In this document: one piece after another, positions 1 through 11,904 of the stretch
Layout of the letters: each line of letters opens with the position of its first letter
Numbering within the stretch: position 1 is the first letter of the stretch
From: an uncultured Acidobacteriota bacterium
Lineage (GTDB): Bacteria > Acidobacteriota > Thermoanaerobaculia > Gp7-AA8
Reading direction: 5' to 3'
Assembly: GCA_963822445.1 (NCBI GenBank)
Contig: CAWGHO010000002.1
Location: 960,001-1,024,000 of the forward strand
DNA length: 64,000 nt
The notes under the pieces: generated by a model
What the model was told of the DNA's origin: nothing
What the model saw: only the letters and a program-made list of their open reading frames with translations
Database searches by the model: none
Program-made: the position numbers and the translations under genes

Positions 1-1
1 C

Positions 2-2794
<2,793 letters not shown>

Positions 2795-2825
2795 AACAAA
2801 AAGGGCGGCCGAATCGGCCGCCCTT
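2795..2825 (-). terminator. Intrinsic terminator between convergent metH and TPR gene
   Basis: Stem AAGGGCGGCC/GGCCGCCCTT preceded by an A-run (U-tail on the minus strand). Confidence 0.75.
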
Positions 2826-2849
2826 CGCGTCGTTGCGTTTTGTGTGGAG

Positions 2850-3773
2850 CTACTTGATGTAGCTCATCATCTCTTTCGCGACCGCGGCATCCTTGCCGTT
2901 CGGCTCGAGCTCGAGATACTTCTGCAGGTTCGTCTTCGCTTCCGGACCCTTGCCCGAGCGGACGTAGATCATGCCCAGCTCGTAGTACGCGATGGCCATC
3001 TTCGGGTCGGCGGCGATGGCCTGCTTGAGCAGCTTCTCGCCTTCGGTGTCGTTGCCCTTGTTGATGACGTTCGCCGCCTCATTGAAGAGTGCGCCGGCGT
3101 TCTTCGGCAGCTTCGCCTCGGCCGCGGCGGCCTTGGCCTTGTCGCCGGTGGCCGCGTACGAGCGAGCGAGAACGGCCCACATTTCAGAATCTTCGTCGTC
3201 GATCTCGACGACCTTGTTCGCCGCTTCGATCGCCTTCGGATAGTCCTTGAGCTTTTCGGACATCTTCGCCAGCGCGATCCAGCCCGCCGTCAGCTCCGGC
3301 TTGATGGTGACGGCCTCGGAGAACTTCGCCGCGGCGCCCTTCAGATCGCCCGAGTTCACCAGCACGACGCCGGCGTTGTACGCGTCGACCGCGGGGTCGG
3401 CGCGCTCGGTCATGACCATCTGCTGCCCCTCAGCCGAGCCCGTCTTGAGCTCGAAGTTCTTGAGGGTGGCGACGCCGATCGGGATCTTGATGACCTCTTC
3501 GTGCGGCGCGTAGCCGGGGGCGGAGACGACGAACTTGTACTTGATCGTCGCGTCCAGCGCGAAGAAGGCCCATTCGCCCTTCTTGTTGCCCTTCACCTCG
3601 GTGTTGAAGTTCAGCTTTTCCATCGCGCTGATCTTGATGACCGCGTCCAGGATCGGCTTCTTGGTGGTGGCATCGAGGATTTTGCCGTTCATCCGGCCTT
3701 CGCCGACGGCGAAGGCATTCGTCGCCACGAAAGCGAGCGCGACAATGAGAAACACGAGGGATTTACTACGCAT
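2850..3773 (-). CDS. Secreted protein with carboxypeptidase-regulatory-like domain and TPR repeats
   Basis: Signal peptide ending AFA, beta-rich N domain (VSAPGY), TPR repeats (AYYELG..YLELEPNG). Confidence 0.85.
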   Translation of the reverse strand: MRSKSLVFLIVALAFVATNAFAVGEGRMNGKILDATTKKPILDAVIKISAMEKLNFNTEVKGNKKGEWAFFALDATIKYKFVVSAPGYAPHEEVIKIPIGVATLKNFELKTGSAEGQQMVMTERADPAVDAYNAGVVLVNSGDLKGAAAKFSEAVTIKPELTAGWIALAKMSEKLKDYPKAIEAANKVVEIDDEDSEMWAVLARSYAATGDKAKAAAAEAKLPKNAGALFNEAANVINKGNDTEGEKLLKQAIAADPKMAIAYYELGMIYVRSGKGPEAKTNLQKYLELEPNGKDAAVAKEMMSYIK

Positions 3774-3837
3774 CGATCTGGTCTCCTGTTGTTAGCGGGT
3801 CCGTACCATAAACGAACGGTCGCCCGTAGGGATTCCG

Positions 3838-5785
3838 TCAGTCGAAGGTCAAATAGGTCTGGTCTTTGAGGCCGCGCTCGAAGTCCTGAAGCAGCCTCAT
3901 CCCTTCGTTCGGCTTGACCCGGTCCTGTTTGATGGCGATGTCGATCTGCGCCTTCATCCGCTTCTCGAGATCGCGCCAGTCCCACTGCGTCATGGCCAGC
4001 ACTTCCCCGATCGGCTGGCCGGGGATCTCTTCTTCAATGTAGAAGCCCGCCTCTTCATCCGGATCGAGGAAAACATGGACCTCGTTCACGCGGCCGAAGA
4101 GGTTGTGGATGTCCCCCATGATGTCCTGGTACGCGCCGGTGAGGAAGATCCCCAGGAAGTACGGCTCGCTGGGACGGATCTCGTGCAACGGCAGCGTCTC
4201 GCGGACGTCATTGAGGTCGATGTACTTCGAGACCTTGCCGTCGGAGTCGCAGGTGATGTCGACCAGCGTCGATTCGAGCTGCGGCTTCTCGTGCAGCCGG
4301 TGAATGGGAACGATCGGGAAGAGCTGGCCGAGGGCCCAGTGGTCGAGAAGAGACTGGAAGACGGAGAAGTTGCAGATGTGCTGGTCGGCGAGCTCGATCT
4401 TCAGATTGCGCACGTCTTCCGGAACTTCTTCCGGATCCATCGTGCCGACCATGGCCTGCATCCGTTCGGCGAGCTGCCAGAACAGCGACTCCACGCGCGC
4501 CTTCACGTCGAGCTCGAGCTGGCCGACTTCGAAAAACGTCTGGGCCTGTTCCTTGATCTGCTGCAGGTCGTGCCACGACTCGTTGATCGTGCTCGGCGAG
4601 AGTTGCTGATCGATGTCGAGAAGCTCGCGGACGAACTTGTGGTCGCGCGCCTGGATGACGCGGCTCTCCAGCGGCGTCTTCTCGATCGCGCCGAATGCCT
4701 GCACGACGAGCACGGAATGATGGGCGACCGTTGCCCGTCCCGACTCCGAGACGATGTGCGGATGCGGCACCTTCTCGTCGTCGCAGATGTCCATGATGTT
4801 GTAGACGATGTCGGACGCGTACTCGTCGACGGAGTAGTTCATCGACGAGTGGAAGGTCGAGCGCGAGCCGTCGTAGTCGATGCCCAGACCGCCGCCGACG
4901 TCGATGTACTCGAGCTTGTGGCCGCTCTTGTACAGCTTCGCGTAATACATCGCCGCTTCGCGCACGGCGCGCTTGATGGTGCGGATGTCGGGGATCTGCG
5001 AGCCGATGTGGAAGTGCAGGAGCTTGAAGGCGGAGGCCATGTTCGCCTCCTTCATGATGTCGATCGCTTCGAGGATCTCGGCGGTCGACAGTCCGAACTT
5101 CGCGTGCTCGCCGCCTGACGTCGCCCAGCTTGCCTTCGCCTTTCGACAGCAGGCGCACGCGCAGGCCGACCCACGGCTCGACCCCCATCTCCGCGGCAAT
5201 CTTGGTGATCTGCTCGACCTCGGAGATCTTCTCCGCGACGATGATCACTTTCTTGCCGAGCTTGCGGCCGATCAGCGCGGTGCGGATGTAGTTCCGGTCC
5301 TTGTAGCCGTTGCAGATGATCAGCGACTCGGGATCCTGATGGACGGCGAGACCGGCGAAGATCTCCGGCTTCGAGCCCACTTCGATTCCGTGGTGGAAAG
5401 GCCGGCCCGCGTCGAGGATCTCCTCGACGACTTCGCGAAGCTGGTTGACCTTCAGCGGGAACACGCCGCGATATGAGCCGCGGTAGCTGTTGTCGGCAAT
5501 CGCTTTGGCGAAAGCGCCATTCAGCGTTTCGACACGGTGCCGAAGCAGATCCTGGAAGCGGATCAGGATCGGCGTGGCCATGTTCATCGTCTGCGCTTCG
5601 CGGACGACGTCGATGATCGGAACGGCGATGCCCTTCTGCTGCAGCGGGGCCACGGTCATGTCGCCTTCGGGATTCGCGTGGAAGTAGCCGGCGCCCCACC
5701 GATCGATCATGTAGAGCTCGACGGAGTCGTCGATGCTCCACTGTTTCTCGTGCGCCACGACGGGCGCGTCGATTTGAGTCGTCAC
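3838..5785 (-). pseudogene. speA: Biosynthetic arginine decarboxylase, one +1 frameshift near 5129 (possibly a read error)
   Basis: N half has FPLKVNQ and EVGSKPE; C half has HFHIGSQ, DVGGGLG, DITCDSDG. Removing one C from AAG-C-TGG restores GKWATSGGEHAKFG. Confidence 0.9.
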
Positions 5786-5806
5786 GGCCGGGAAGAATAG
5801 AACAAA

Positions 5807-6667
5807 TTACGAGCGATCAAACTCCGATTCGTCGATCGCCTCGATGTCGTCGTCCGACAAGACGAGCTCCGCCGAGCGCGCGCTGTCGATTGCATGCTCC
5901 ACTCGCCGCGCCGCCGGAATGGGAACGACCGTTTTCGCCTGCGCGCGAACCCAGGCCAGCACGATCGCGTGCACGGAGCGATCGTGCTTCTGCGCGAGCT
6001 CGATGAGCACGTCGAACTGCGGCAGTTTCTTCGCCAGCCGTCCGCCGCCGACCGGGCTGTAGGCGAGAAAGGTGATGTTGCGGTTCGCGCACTCGCGCGC
6101 GACGTCGATCGACTCCCGAAAGTACGGATTGAGCCGGTTCTGCACGGAGACGACGGGCAGAATGCGCTGCGCCTGATCGATCTGTTTGATCGACACATTG
6201 CTCAAGCCGAAGTGCTGAAACTTCCCCTCGCGCTGCAACTCCGCGAATGCCTCGACGCTCTTCTCGAACGAGACGCGCGGATCGGGCGCGTGAAACTGAT
6301 AGAGCCAGATGCGATCGGTGTTGAGCGCGCGCAAGCTTTTCTCGCAAGCCTCACGGATATGGGCCGGGCTGCCGTCGTTCGTCCACGCGCCCTTCGGCCG
6401 CCGCAGCCCCGCTTTCGTCGCAACGCGAACGTCGTCCTTCCGCTCCGCAACGACAGACGCGATGAGCCGTTCGTTGTGACCGATGTCGTTGTCGTCGAAG
6501 CAGTAGACGTCCGCGGTGTCGATGAAGGTCATCCCCGCATCGATCGCCGCGTTCAGAACGCGCCGGCCCTCATCCTCGGGCGGACGACCCTGAATCGACA
6601 GCGGCATCCCGCCGAAGCCGACGACGGGAATGGTCTCGCCGGTGTCACCGAGGGTCGTTGTCTGCAT
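5807..6667 (-). CDS. Aldo/keto reductase
   Basis: GFGGM, IDTADVY, ATKAG, GLSNV, AYSPVG; GAGGAG RBS. Confidence 0.92.
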   Translation of the reverse strand: MQTTTLGDTGETIPVVGFGGMPLSIQGRPPEDEGRRVLNAAIDAGMTFIDTADVYCFDDNDIGHNERLIASVVAERKDDVRVATKAGLRRPKGAWTNDGSPAHIREACEKSLRALNTDRIWLYQFHAPDPRVSFEKSVEAFAELQREGKFQHFGLSNVSIKQIDQAQRILPVVSVQNRLNPYFRESIDVARECANRNITFLAYSPVGGGRLAKKLPQFDVLIELAQKHDRSVHAIVLAWVRAQAKTVVPIPAARRVEHAIDSARSAELVLSDDDIEAIDESEFDRS

Positions 6668-7322
6668 GGGCAAATCTCCTCTGCATCGCGCGCCGCAGCT
6701 TGAACCGCAGCAGATACTGGCGATCGTCCGGATGCACGGGCATGGCCAGATCGAGCACGATGTAGAGAAGGATGCCTGCGCCTTTGATGAACGCCAGCGC
6801 GACGAAAGCCAGTCGGTAGATGTTCACCGAAATGCCGGTGGCTTCCGACAGGCCGAGACAAACGCCCGACAATGCGCGGCCCGGCTTCAGCCGCTTGCAG
6901 ATGCGATTGCCGCTGCGGTCGCGTAGCGCCGCGAGAAGCAGGTAGAAGCCAACCACGGGCAATGTGCTGAGAAGCGCGGCGACGCCGATGACGCCGATGA
7001 CGCTCCACAGCTCGATCCTCTCCTCCGCACCGATCATCCAGGCGATGCCGCCGACGATGACGAACGCGGTCAGCGCCGCCAGTCCCGCGCGACGGAACAT
7101 CTCCCGCACCTGGACGCCGCGCACCGCGCTGGCGATGCGGTTGTCATCGATCGGCGGATCCGGAACGTGTTCGTCGTGAATCGCGGCATCGAACTGGTTC
7201 GCCGATTCGAGCAGCTCCCGGCAACGCGCGCAGGTCTTGAGATGCTCGCGCTGCTCGTCGGGAATCGCACCGCCTGTCTGAACGACGTCCACCACCGCCG
7301 CCATCGCCTCTTTGCAGCTCAT
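6645..7322 (-). CDS. Putative anti-sigma factor (HxxxCxxC zinc motif, TM helices) fused to a PspC domain
   Basis: EHLKTCARC; TM segments; C-terminal SGVCLGLSE..IYRLAFV..LYIVL resembles PspC; ATGA overlap with the ECF gene. Confidence 0.75.
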   Translation of the reverse strand: MSCKEAMAAVVDVVQTGGAIPDEQREHLKTCARCRELLESANQFDAAIHDEHVPDPPIDDNRIASAVRGVQVREMFRRAGLAALTAFVIVGGIAWMIGAEERIELWSVIGVIGVAALLSTLPVVGFYLLLAALRDRSGNRICKRLKPGRALSGVCLGLSEATGISVNIYRLAFVALAFIKGAGILLYIVLDLAMPVHPDDRQYLLRFKLRRAMQRRFAHADNDPR

Positions 7323-7864
7323 GCGAAATCCTCCTTCGCCGCCGCAGCGAGCTTCTTCAGCCCGTGATGCAGACGGCTTTTGACCGTGCCGATCGGGACG
7401 CCGAGGCGATCGGCGACTTCCTTCTCGGACAGCTCTTCGAAATAGCGCAGCAGAATGGCCTGCGAAAGACGCTCGGGCAGCCGCGCCACGAGCTCGCGAA
7501 CGCGCCGCGCGCGCTCTTCCTCCACCGCAAGCTCCTCGGGCGACCGCGCCGGGGAAGGCAGCGCGGCCAGATCCGCGTCGACATGCTCGACACGCCGCGA
7601 CCACCTGTCCTTCACCAGATTCCAGGCGATGGCGAAGAGCCAGTTGCTGAAACGCTGATCGGGATCGTAGCGATGCGCGCTCCGCACGACGCGGATCCAG
7701 GTCTCCTGAAACACGTCGTCGACGTCGGCCGGCGCGTTGAGCGCGCGCTGGAGCACGGCCGCGAGCGGACGGCGGTATCGATCGATCAGCGCGCGCGCCG
7801 CGTCCGCGTCGCCGTTGGCGAGGCAGCCCGCGAGAAAAGCGTCGGTGGCGCGGCTGAGATCCAT
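7319..7864 (-). CDS. ECF sigma-70 factor
   Basis: DDVFQETW, FSNWLFAIAWN, EVADRLGVPIGTVKSRLH. Confidence 0.93.
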   Translation of the reverse strand: MDLSRATDAFLAGCLANGDADAARALIDRYRRPLAAVLQRALNAPADVDDVFQETWIRVVRSAHRYDPDQRFSNWLFAIAWNLVKDRWSRRVEHVDADLAALPSPARSPEELAVEEERARRVRELVARLPERLSQAILLRYFEELSEKEVADRLGVPIGTVKSRLHHGLKKLAAAAKEDFA

Positions 7865-7899
7865 TTCAGGTCGCTATACCGCCGCCTCGGCGAAAAGGT

Positions 7900-9330
7900 T
7901 CACGCGAATTTCGGCGGGATCTTCGCGTGGTGATCCGTCGCCAGCTGGTACTGCACGGCCGCGCTCATCATCAGCGCCTCATTGGCCGGTGCGGCGTTGA
8001 GCTGGATCGATGTCGGGAGGCCGTTCTCGCCGAATCCGTTCGGCATGGCGATGCATGGTGCGCCGAGGAGGTTCATGCTCGGGATTACGGCCGGGCCGGC
8101 GCGGACGTCGCGATAAACCTCGCTGAAGTTCGGACCGATCGGATAGGCGACGGTCGAGCGCGTCGGCGACACGACCAGATCCACCTCTTCGAAAAGCTTC
8201 AGCAATGCCTGGCGAACCTTGGCGCGGACGCGCATGGCCCGCAGGTAATCGACGGCCAGCGTCGCCGCCGATTCGAATCCGCCGATCTGATCCTGCTTCG
8301 CACGCAACTGCTTGGCGCGACCGTCGCGCAGCAGTTCCTCGAATGCACTGGCCCCTTCCGCGTCGACGATCAGGGAGATGGTCGGACCGTAGGGCAGGTC
8401 GGGGTAATCGATCTCGATGACGGTGTGGCCCTGCGACTTCAACACGTCGACCGACTTCAGAAAGTTGTCGCGCACCGCGGGCTGGGTCTTGTCCCACGAG
8501 CCTTTCACGAGGCCGATCCTGGCCGGACGCTTGTTCGCGGGCCGCGACATCACCGCGCTGCTGACCCAGTTCGCGCGGCCGGAAGGGAACACGCGGAACG
8601 TCGTCGGATCGCGCTCGTCCTCGCCGACGATGACGCCGTAAACGGTGTTGCAGTCCGCGGCGGTGCGCGCCATCGGACCGAGCTTGTCGAGCGTCCAGCA
8701 GAGGGCCATCGCGCCGTAGCGGCTGACCGCGCCGTACGTCGGACGCAACCCGGTGACACCGGAGAATGCGGCCGGCGTGAGGATGGAGCCGGAGGTCTCG
8801 CTGCCGATCGCGAAGGGAACCAGTCCCGCCGCCACGGCGGCGGCCGGACCGCTCGACGAGCCGCCGGACCAGAACTCGGTGTTCCACGGCGTGCGTCCCG
8901 GGCCGGTGAACGAGGCGTCGGCGTTGTTGTAGCCGAAGCCGCCCGCCAGCTCGACCATCGAGAGCTTCGCCACCAGCACCGCGCCGGCGTTCGTCAGCCT
9001 CTCGACGACAGTGGCGTCGTAGTCGAAGACCTGCTTGCGATATGGCTCCGCGCCCCAGGTCGTGGGGATGCCTTTCGTCGCCAGGAGATCCTTGGCGCCG
9101 TAGGGGATGCCGAGAAGCGGACGGTTCTGGGTGTTGCCGGCGGCGATTTCCTTGTCCGCGGCCGCGGCTTCACGCAATGCGCGCATGCGCGTGATCGTGA
9201 CCACCGCGCCGAGCTGTTCGCCGAATCGCTCCAGACGATCGAGGTAGAACCGGGTCAACTCGGCCGACGACACTTCTTTCGCGCGCAGGGCGCGGCCGAG
9301 ATCGTCGATGGTGGAGTAGGCGTTGATCAC
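7900..9330 (-). CDS. Amidase-signature family enzyme (GatA/AtzE-like)
   Basis: GIPYGAKD, GGSSSG, GSETSGSI catalytic motifs. Confidence 0.92.
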   Translation of the reverse strand: MINAYSTIDDLGRALRAKEVSSAELTRFYLDRLERFGEQLGAVVTITRMRALREAAAADKEIAAGNTQNRPLLGIPYGAKDLLATKGIPTTWGAEPYRKQVFDYDATVVERLTNAGAVLVAKLSMVELAGGFGYNNADASFTGPGRTPWNTEFWSGGSSSGPAAAVAAGLVPFAIGSETSGSILTPAAFSGVTGLRPTYGAVSRYGAMALCWTLDKLGPMARTAADCNTVYGVIVGEDERDPTTFRVFPSGRANWVSSAVMSRPANKRPARIGLVKGSWDKTQPAVRDNFLKSVDVLKSQGHTVIEIDYPDLPYGPTISLIVDAEGASAFEELLRDGRAKQLRAKQDQIGGFESAATLAVDYLRAMRVRAKVRQALLKLFEEVDLVVSPTRSTVAYPIGPNFSEVYRDVRAGPAVIPSMNLLGAPCIAMPNGFGENGLPTSIQLNAAPANEALMMSAAVQYQLATDHHAKIPPKFA

Positions 9331-9608
9331 CAGCGATCCGTCAGCGAGTGGAACGTGAAATCCGGCTCGTCGCCGTTCTTCAGCGGGAAGTTGCGGAAGC
9401 CTTCGACGAACGGCGCGTAATCCTGAAAGTCCTTGCCGATCTGGACCATCTCCTCTTCGCTGAGGAACTGGCCGTACTGCGCGCGAACGAGGCCGGTGAG
9501 CGCGACACCGAATGCGTTGGGCGGCTTCTCTTTTTCCTGAGCGCCGACGCCGGCCGCGGCAATCGCGACCGTCAGCGTTCTCGCGAATTGACGGCGGCTG
9601 GTTCCCAT
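9327..9608 (-). CDS. Small twin-arginine-signal protein, probable amidase partner
   Basis: SRRQF Tat motif plus hydrophobic stretch; overlaps the amidase start. Confidence 0.7.
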   Translation of the reverse strand: MGTSRRQFARTLTVAIAAAGVGAQEKEKPPNAFGVALTGLVRAQYGQFLSEEEMVQIGKDFQDYAPFVEGFRNFPLKNGDEPDFTFHSLTDRW

Positions 9609-10294
9609 CAGGCCTTCACGTTCTTCGTCACGACGCGCCCGGGCGGCGTGTCATGGGTGAACATCTGCAGCGCCGCGCGCACGACGCGTTTGTGCGTGTC
9701 GCGATCGCCGGCACGGCCGACGATGCGGCCGATCTCCGAGCCTTCGAAGGTCATGGCGCGCGGCGGCCGAATCGATTCCGTCGCCGCGGGCGAGGCGCTG
9801 ATGATGATCGTCGGAATGCCCCGCGCTTCGATCTCGCGGGCCATCGTGCCGACCGACCGATGACACGTCTCCGGGCAGCCCGCGGTGAGCACGACCAGCC
9901 GCGTCTTCGAGCGCTCGATCTTGTCGGCGATCTCCGGAAAAACGGTCTCGTACATCTCTTTCAGCTTCGTGGTGAAACCGTAGCTGTAATGCGCGTCGTT
10001 CACGGCCTTGATGAACCCTTCGGCCGCGAGCTCGCGGAGGGTGTCGAGCGGAAAGACGATGTTCGGATCGGCGTCCGCTTCGCTGTGATCGTAATGATGG
10101 TGGGCGATGCGCATCGCCGAGGTCTGCGTCTCCCCCGGAATCATTCGATAGCTCGTATCGCCCGGATCCTCGGGCGGAAACGGCTCCTGATCGGAAAGGT
10201 AGACCCCCGTCGCCGAAACGATGGTGACGGTGGCCGTCGCGAGATCTTTGTCGAAGGGAGTGAAGGGAACGCACTTGCGTGCGATGTTGAGCAT
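9608..10294 (-). CDS. Glycine/betaine/D-proline reductase selenoprotein-B family protein (PrdB-like, Cys form)
   Basis: HHHYDHS..DPNIVFPLD and TAGCPETCHRSV..REIEARGIPT match the PrdB-type TAGUxxCHRS motif. Confidence 0.8.
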   Translation of the reverse strand: MLNIARKCVPFTPFDKDLATATVTIVSATGVYLSDQEPFPPEDPGDTSYRMIPGETQTSAMRIAHHHYDHSEADADPNIVFPLDTLRELAAEGFIKAVNDAHYSYGFTTKLKEMYETVFPEIADKIERSKTRLVVLTAGCPETCHRSVGTMAREIEARGIPTIIISASPAATESIRPPRAMTFEGSEIGRIVGRAGDRDTHKRVVRAALQMFTHDTPPGRVVTKNVKA

Positions 10295-10302
10295 CTATAC
10301 CT

Positions 10303-10377
10303 CGGGGTTACGCGGTTTCGGGGTTACGAGGTCGCGGGGTGAAAGACCGAAACCCCGTAACCTCGCAACCCCGAAAC
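10303..10377. repeat. Inverted tandem 8-mer hairpin (CGGGGTTA-type)
   Basis: CGGGGTTA CGCGGTTT CGGGGTTA CGAGGTCG ... GAAACCCC GTAACCTC GCAACCCC GAAAC. Confidence 0.85.
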
Positions 10378-10380
10378 GAA

Positions 10381-10403
10381 CGGCGGGCCCTCGAGGCCCG
10401 CCG
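10381..10403 (-). terminator. Intrinsic terminator after the peroxiredoxin
   Basis: CGGCGGGCC-ctcga-GGCCCGCCG, followed on the minus strand by TTCGTTT. Confidence 0.65.
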
Positions 10404-10410
10404 CTCACGA

Positions 10411-10920
10411 CTAGTCAAGCTCACGTAAGACATCCAGCAACTGCGCGTTATCCGGCGCTTCGCTGATGTCGTGCACGTCGACGTAGCGGACGATGCCCTG
10501 CTTGTCGACGATCACGATCGCCCGCTCGCAGATGCCTTTGTCCTCTTTGAAAACGCCGTATTTCTTCGAGACTTCGCCCTTCGGATGGAAGTCGGCCAGC
10601 AACGGGTACCGCTCGATTCCGCCGATGGATTTCGCGAAGGCTACGTGGGAGGGAACTGAATCGACCGAAATGCCCACGACCTGGGCATCATACCGTTCGA
10701 AGTCGGCCATTTCGGCCTCGTACGACGGCATCTGAACCGTTCAGACAGGGGTCCAGTCGAGGGGATAGAAAACGATGACCGCGTTCTTCTTGCCGCGGAG
10801 ATCGCTGAGCTTGAACTTCTCTCCGTTCCGATGTCCCGGAAGCTCGAAGTCGGGCGCCTGGTCTCCGACTTTGAGGGTCTGGGTCTTATCGGCAACGGAG
10901 GTTCTTCCAAATGAAACCAT
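10411..10920 (-). CDS. Peroxiredoxin (AhpE/AhpC-TSA type) with in-frame TGA, probable selenocysteine
   Basis: ORFs 10741-10959 and 10411-10731 are in frame; [17 protein letters not shown] puts TGA (10741-10743) at the PxxxTxxC peroxidatic position; AAGGAG RBS. Confidence 0.88.
10693..10728 (-). promoter_or_regulatory. Candidate bacterial SECIS hairpin
   Basis: CCGU..CGAGGCC[GAAAU]GGCC..UCG.ACGG; G-first apical loop starts 27 nt after the UGA. Confidence 0.55.
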
Positions 10921-11013
10921 ATGGGAAGATCTCCTTTCGCCGGTGATTGTAGTAGGCAAGGTCCGCGCCGCAACCGAAACATTTTCAGCGCTTTCCCGGT
11001 TCTGATCCGGCTC

Positions 11014-11895
11014 ATGGAGAAGAGCGACTACATCATTCAGGGCATGGCCGCCGGCGGCGATTTCCGCGTCATCGCTGCGCAGACGACCACGGCCGTCGAG
11101 ACCGCCCGGGAGATCCTCGATCTGGCGCCGGTCGCGGCCGATGCGCTGGGCCGGGTGATGACCGGCTCGCTTCTCCTGGCGCGCCTCCTCGACAAGGACG
11201 TGCGCAATCAGTACGTCACCCTCCGTTTCGAAGGAAACGGCCCCCTCGGCACGATCATCGCCGACGGAACGGTCGCCGGCGCGGTCCGCGGGTACGTTTC
11301 GAACCCCGTCCCCGAGGATCCGATTCTCGACGTCGAAGCCGCGATCGGGAACGGCATGCTGACTGTCATCCGCGGCACGCCGCCCGAGGGGAAACCGTAC
11401 ACGTCGCAGCTCCTGCTGGCGGGGACCGGTGTCGCCAACGACCTCACCCGCTATCTGATGCGCTCCGAGCAGATCGCATCAGCGGTCCTCCTCGGCGTGC
11501 TGAATAAGCGCGACGGCGTCGCGGCCGCGGGCGGAATCATCGTCCAGGCCTTTCCGCACGCGAGCGAGGAGTCGATCACGAAGCTCGAGCAGAAGATCAA
11601 GGAAGCGCCGCGGCTCAGCACGCTGCTCGACAAGATGCCGATCGAAGACGTGGTCGCCACGGTGCTGCAGGGCGTCGACTACAAGCAGATCGACGCCGGC
11701 CGCACCGTACCCGTGAGCTACACCTGTCATTGCAACCGCGAGCGCGCACTGGCGCCGCTGGCGCTCCTGGGGCAGGAAGAGATCCGGGAGATGATCGAGG
11801 AAGGCGGCACCGAGGTCGTGTGTCAGTTCTGCGGACGGAAGTATCAGTTCACCGCGGAAGACCTGTTCGCGCTCACGGCGACTCACGATGCATAA
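11014..11895 (+). CDS. hslO: Hsp33 redox-regulated chaperone
   Basis: [23 protein letters not shown]...CQFC zinc motif. Confidence 0.93.
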   Translation: MEKSDYIIQGMAAGGDFRVIAAQTTTAVETAREILDLAPVAADALGRVMTGSLLLARLLDKDVRNQYVTLRFEGNGPLGTIIADGTVAGAVRGYVSNPVPEDPILDVEAAIGNGMLTVIRGTPPEGKPYTSQLLLAGTGVANDLTRYLMRSEQIASAVLLGVLNKRDGVAAAGGIIVQAFPHASEESITKLEQKIKEAPRLSTLLDKMPIEDVVATVLQGVDYKQIDAGRTVPVSYTCHCNRERALAPLALLGQEEIREMIEEGGTEVVCQFCGRKYQFTAEDLFALTATHDA

Positions 11896-11904
11896 TCCCG
11901 GGCC

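Noticed and set aside
7900-9608. gatCA of the tRNA amidotransferase
   Set aside because: No gatB adjacent and the small gene carries a Tat-like signal.
10411-10959. Two separate small genes or a nonsense pseudogene
   Set aside because: The halves are in frame and the only stop falls exactly on the catalytic Cys codon, favouring selenocysteine.
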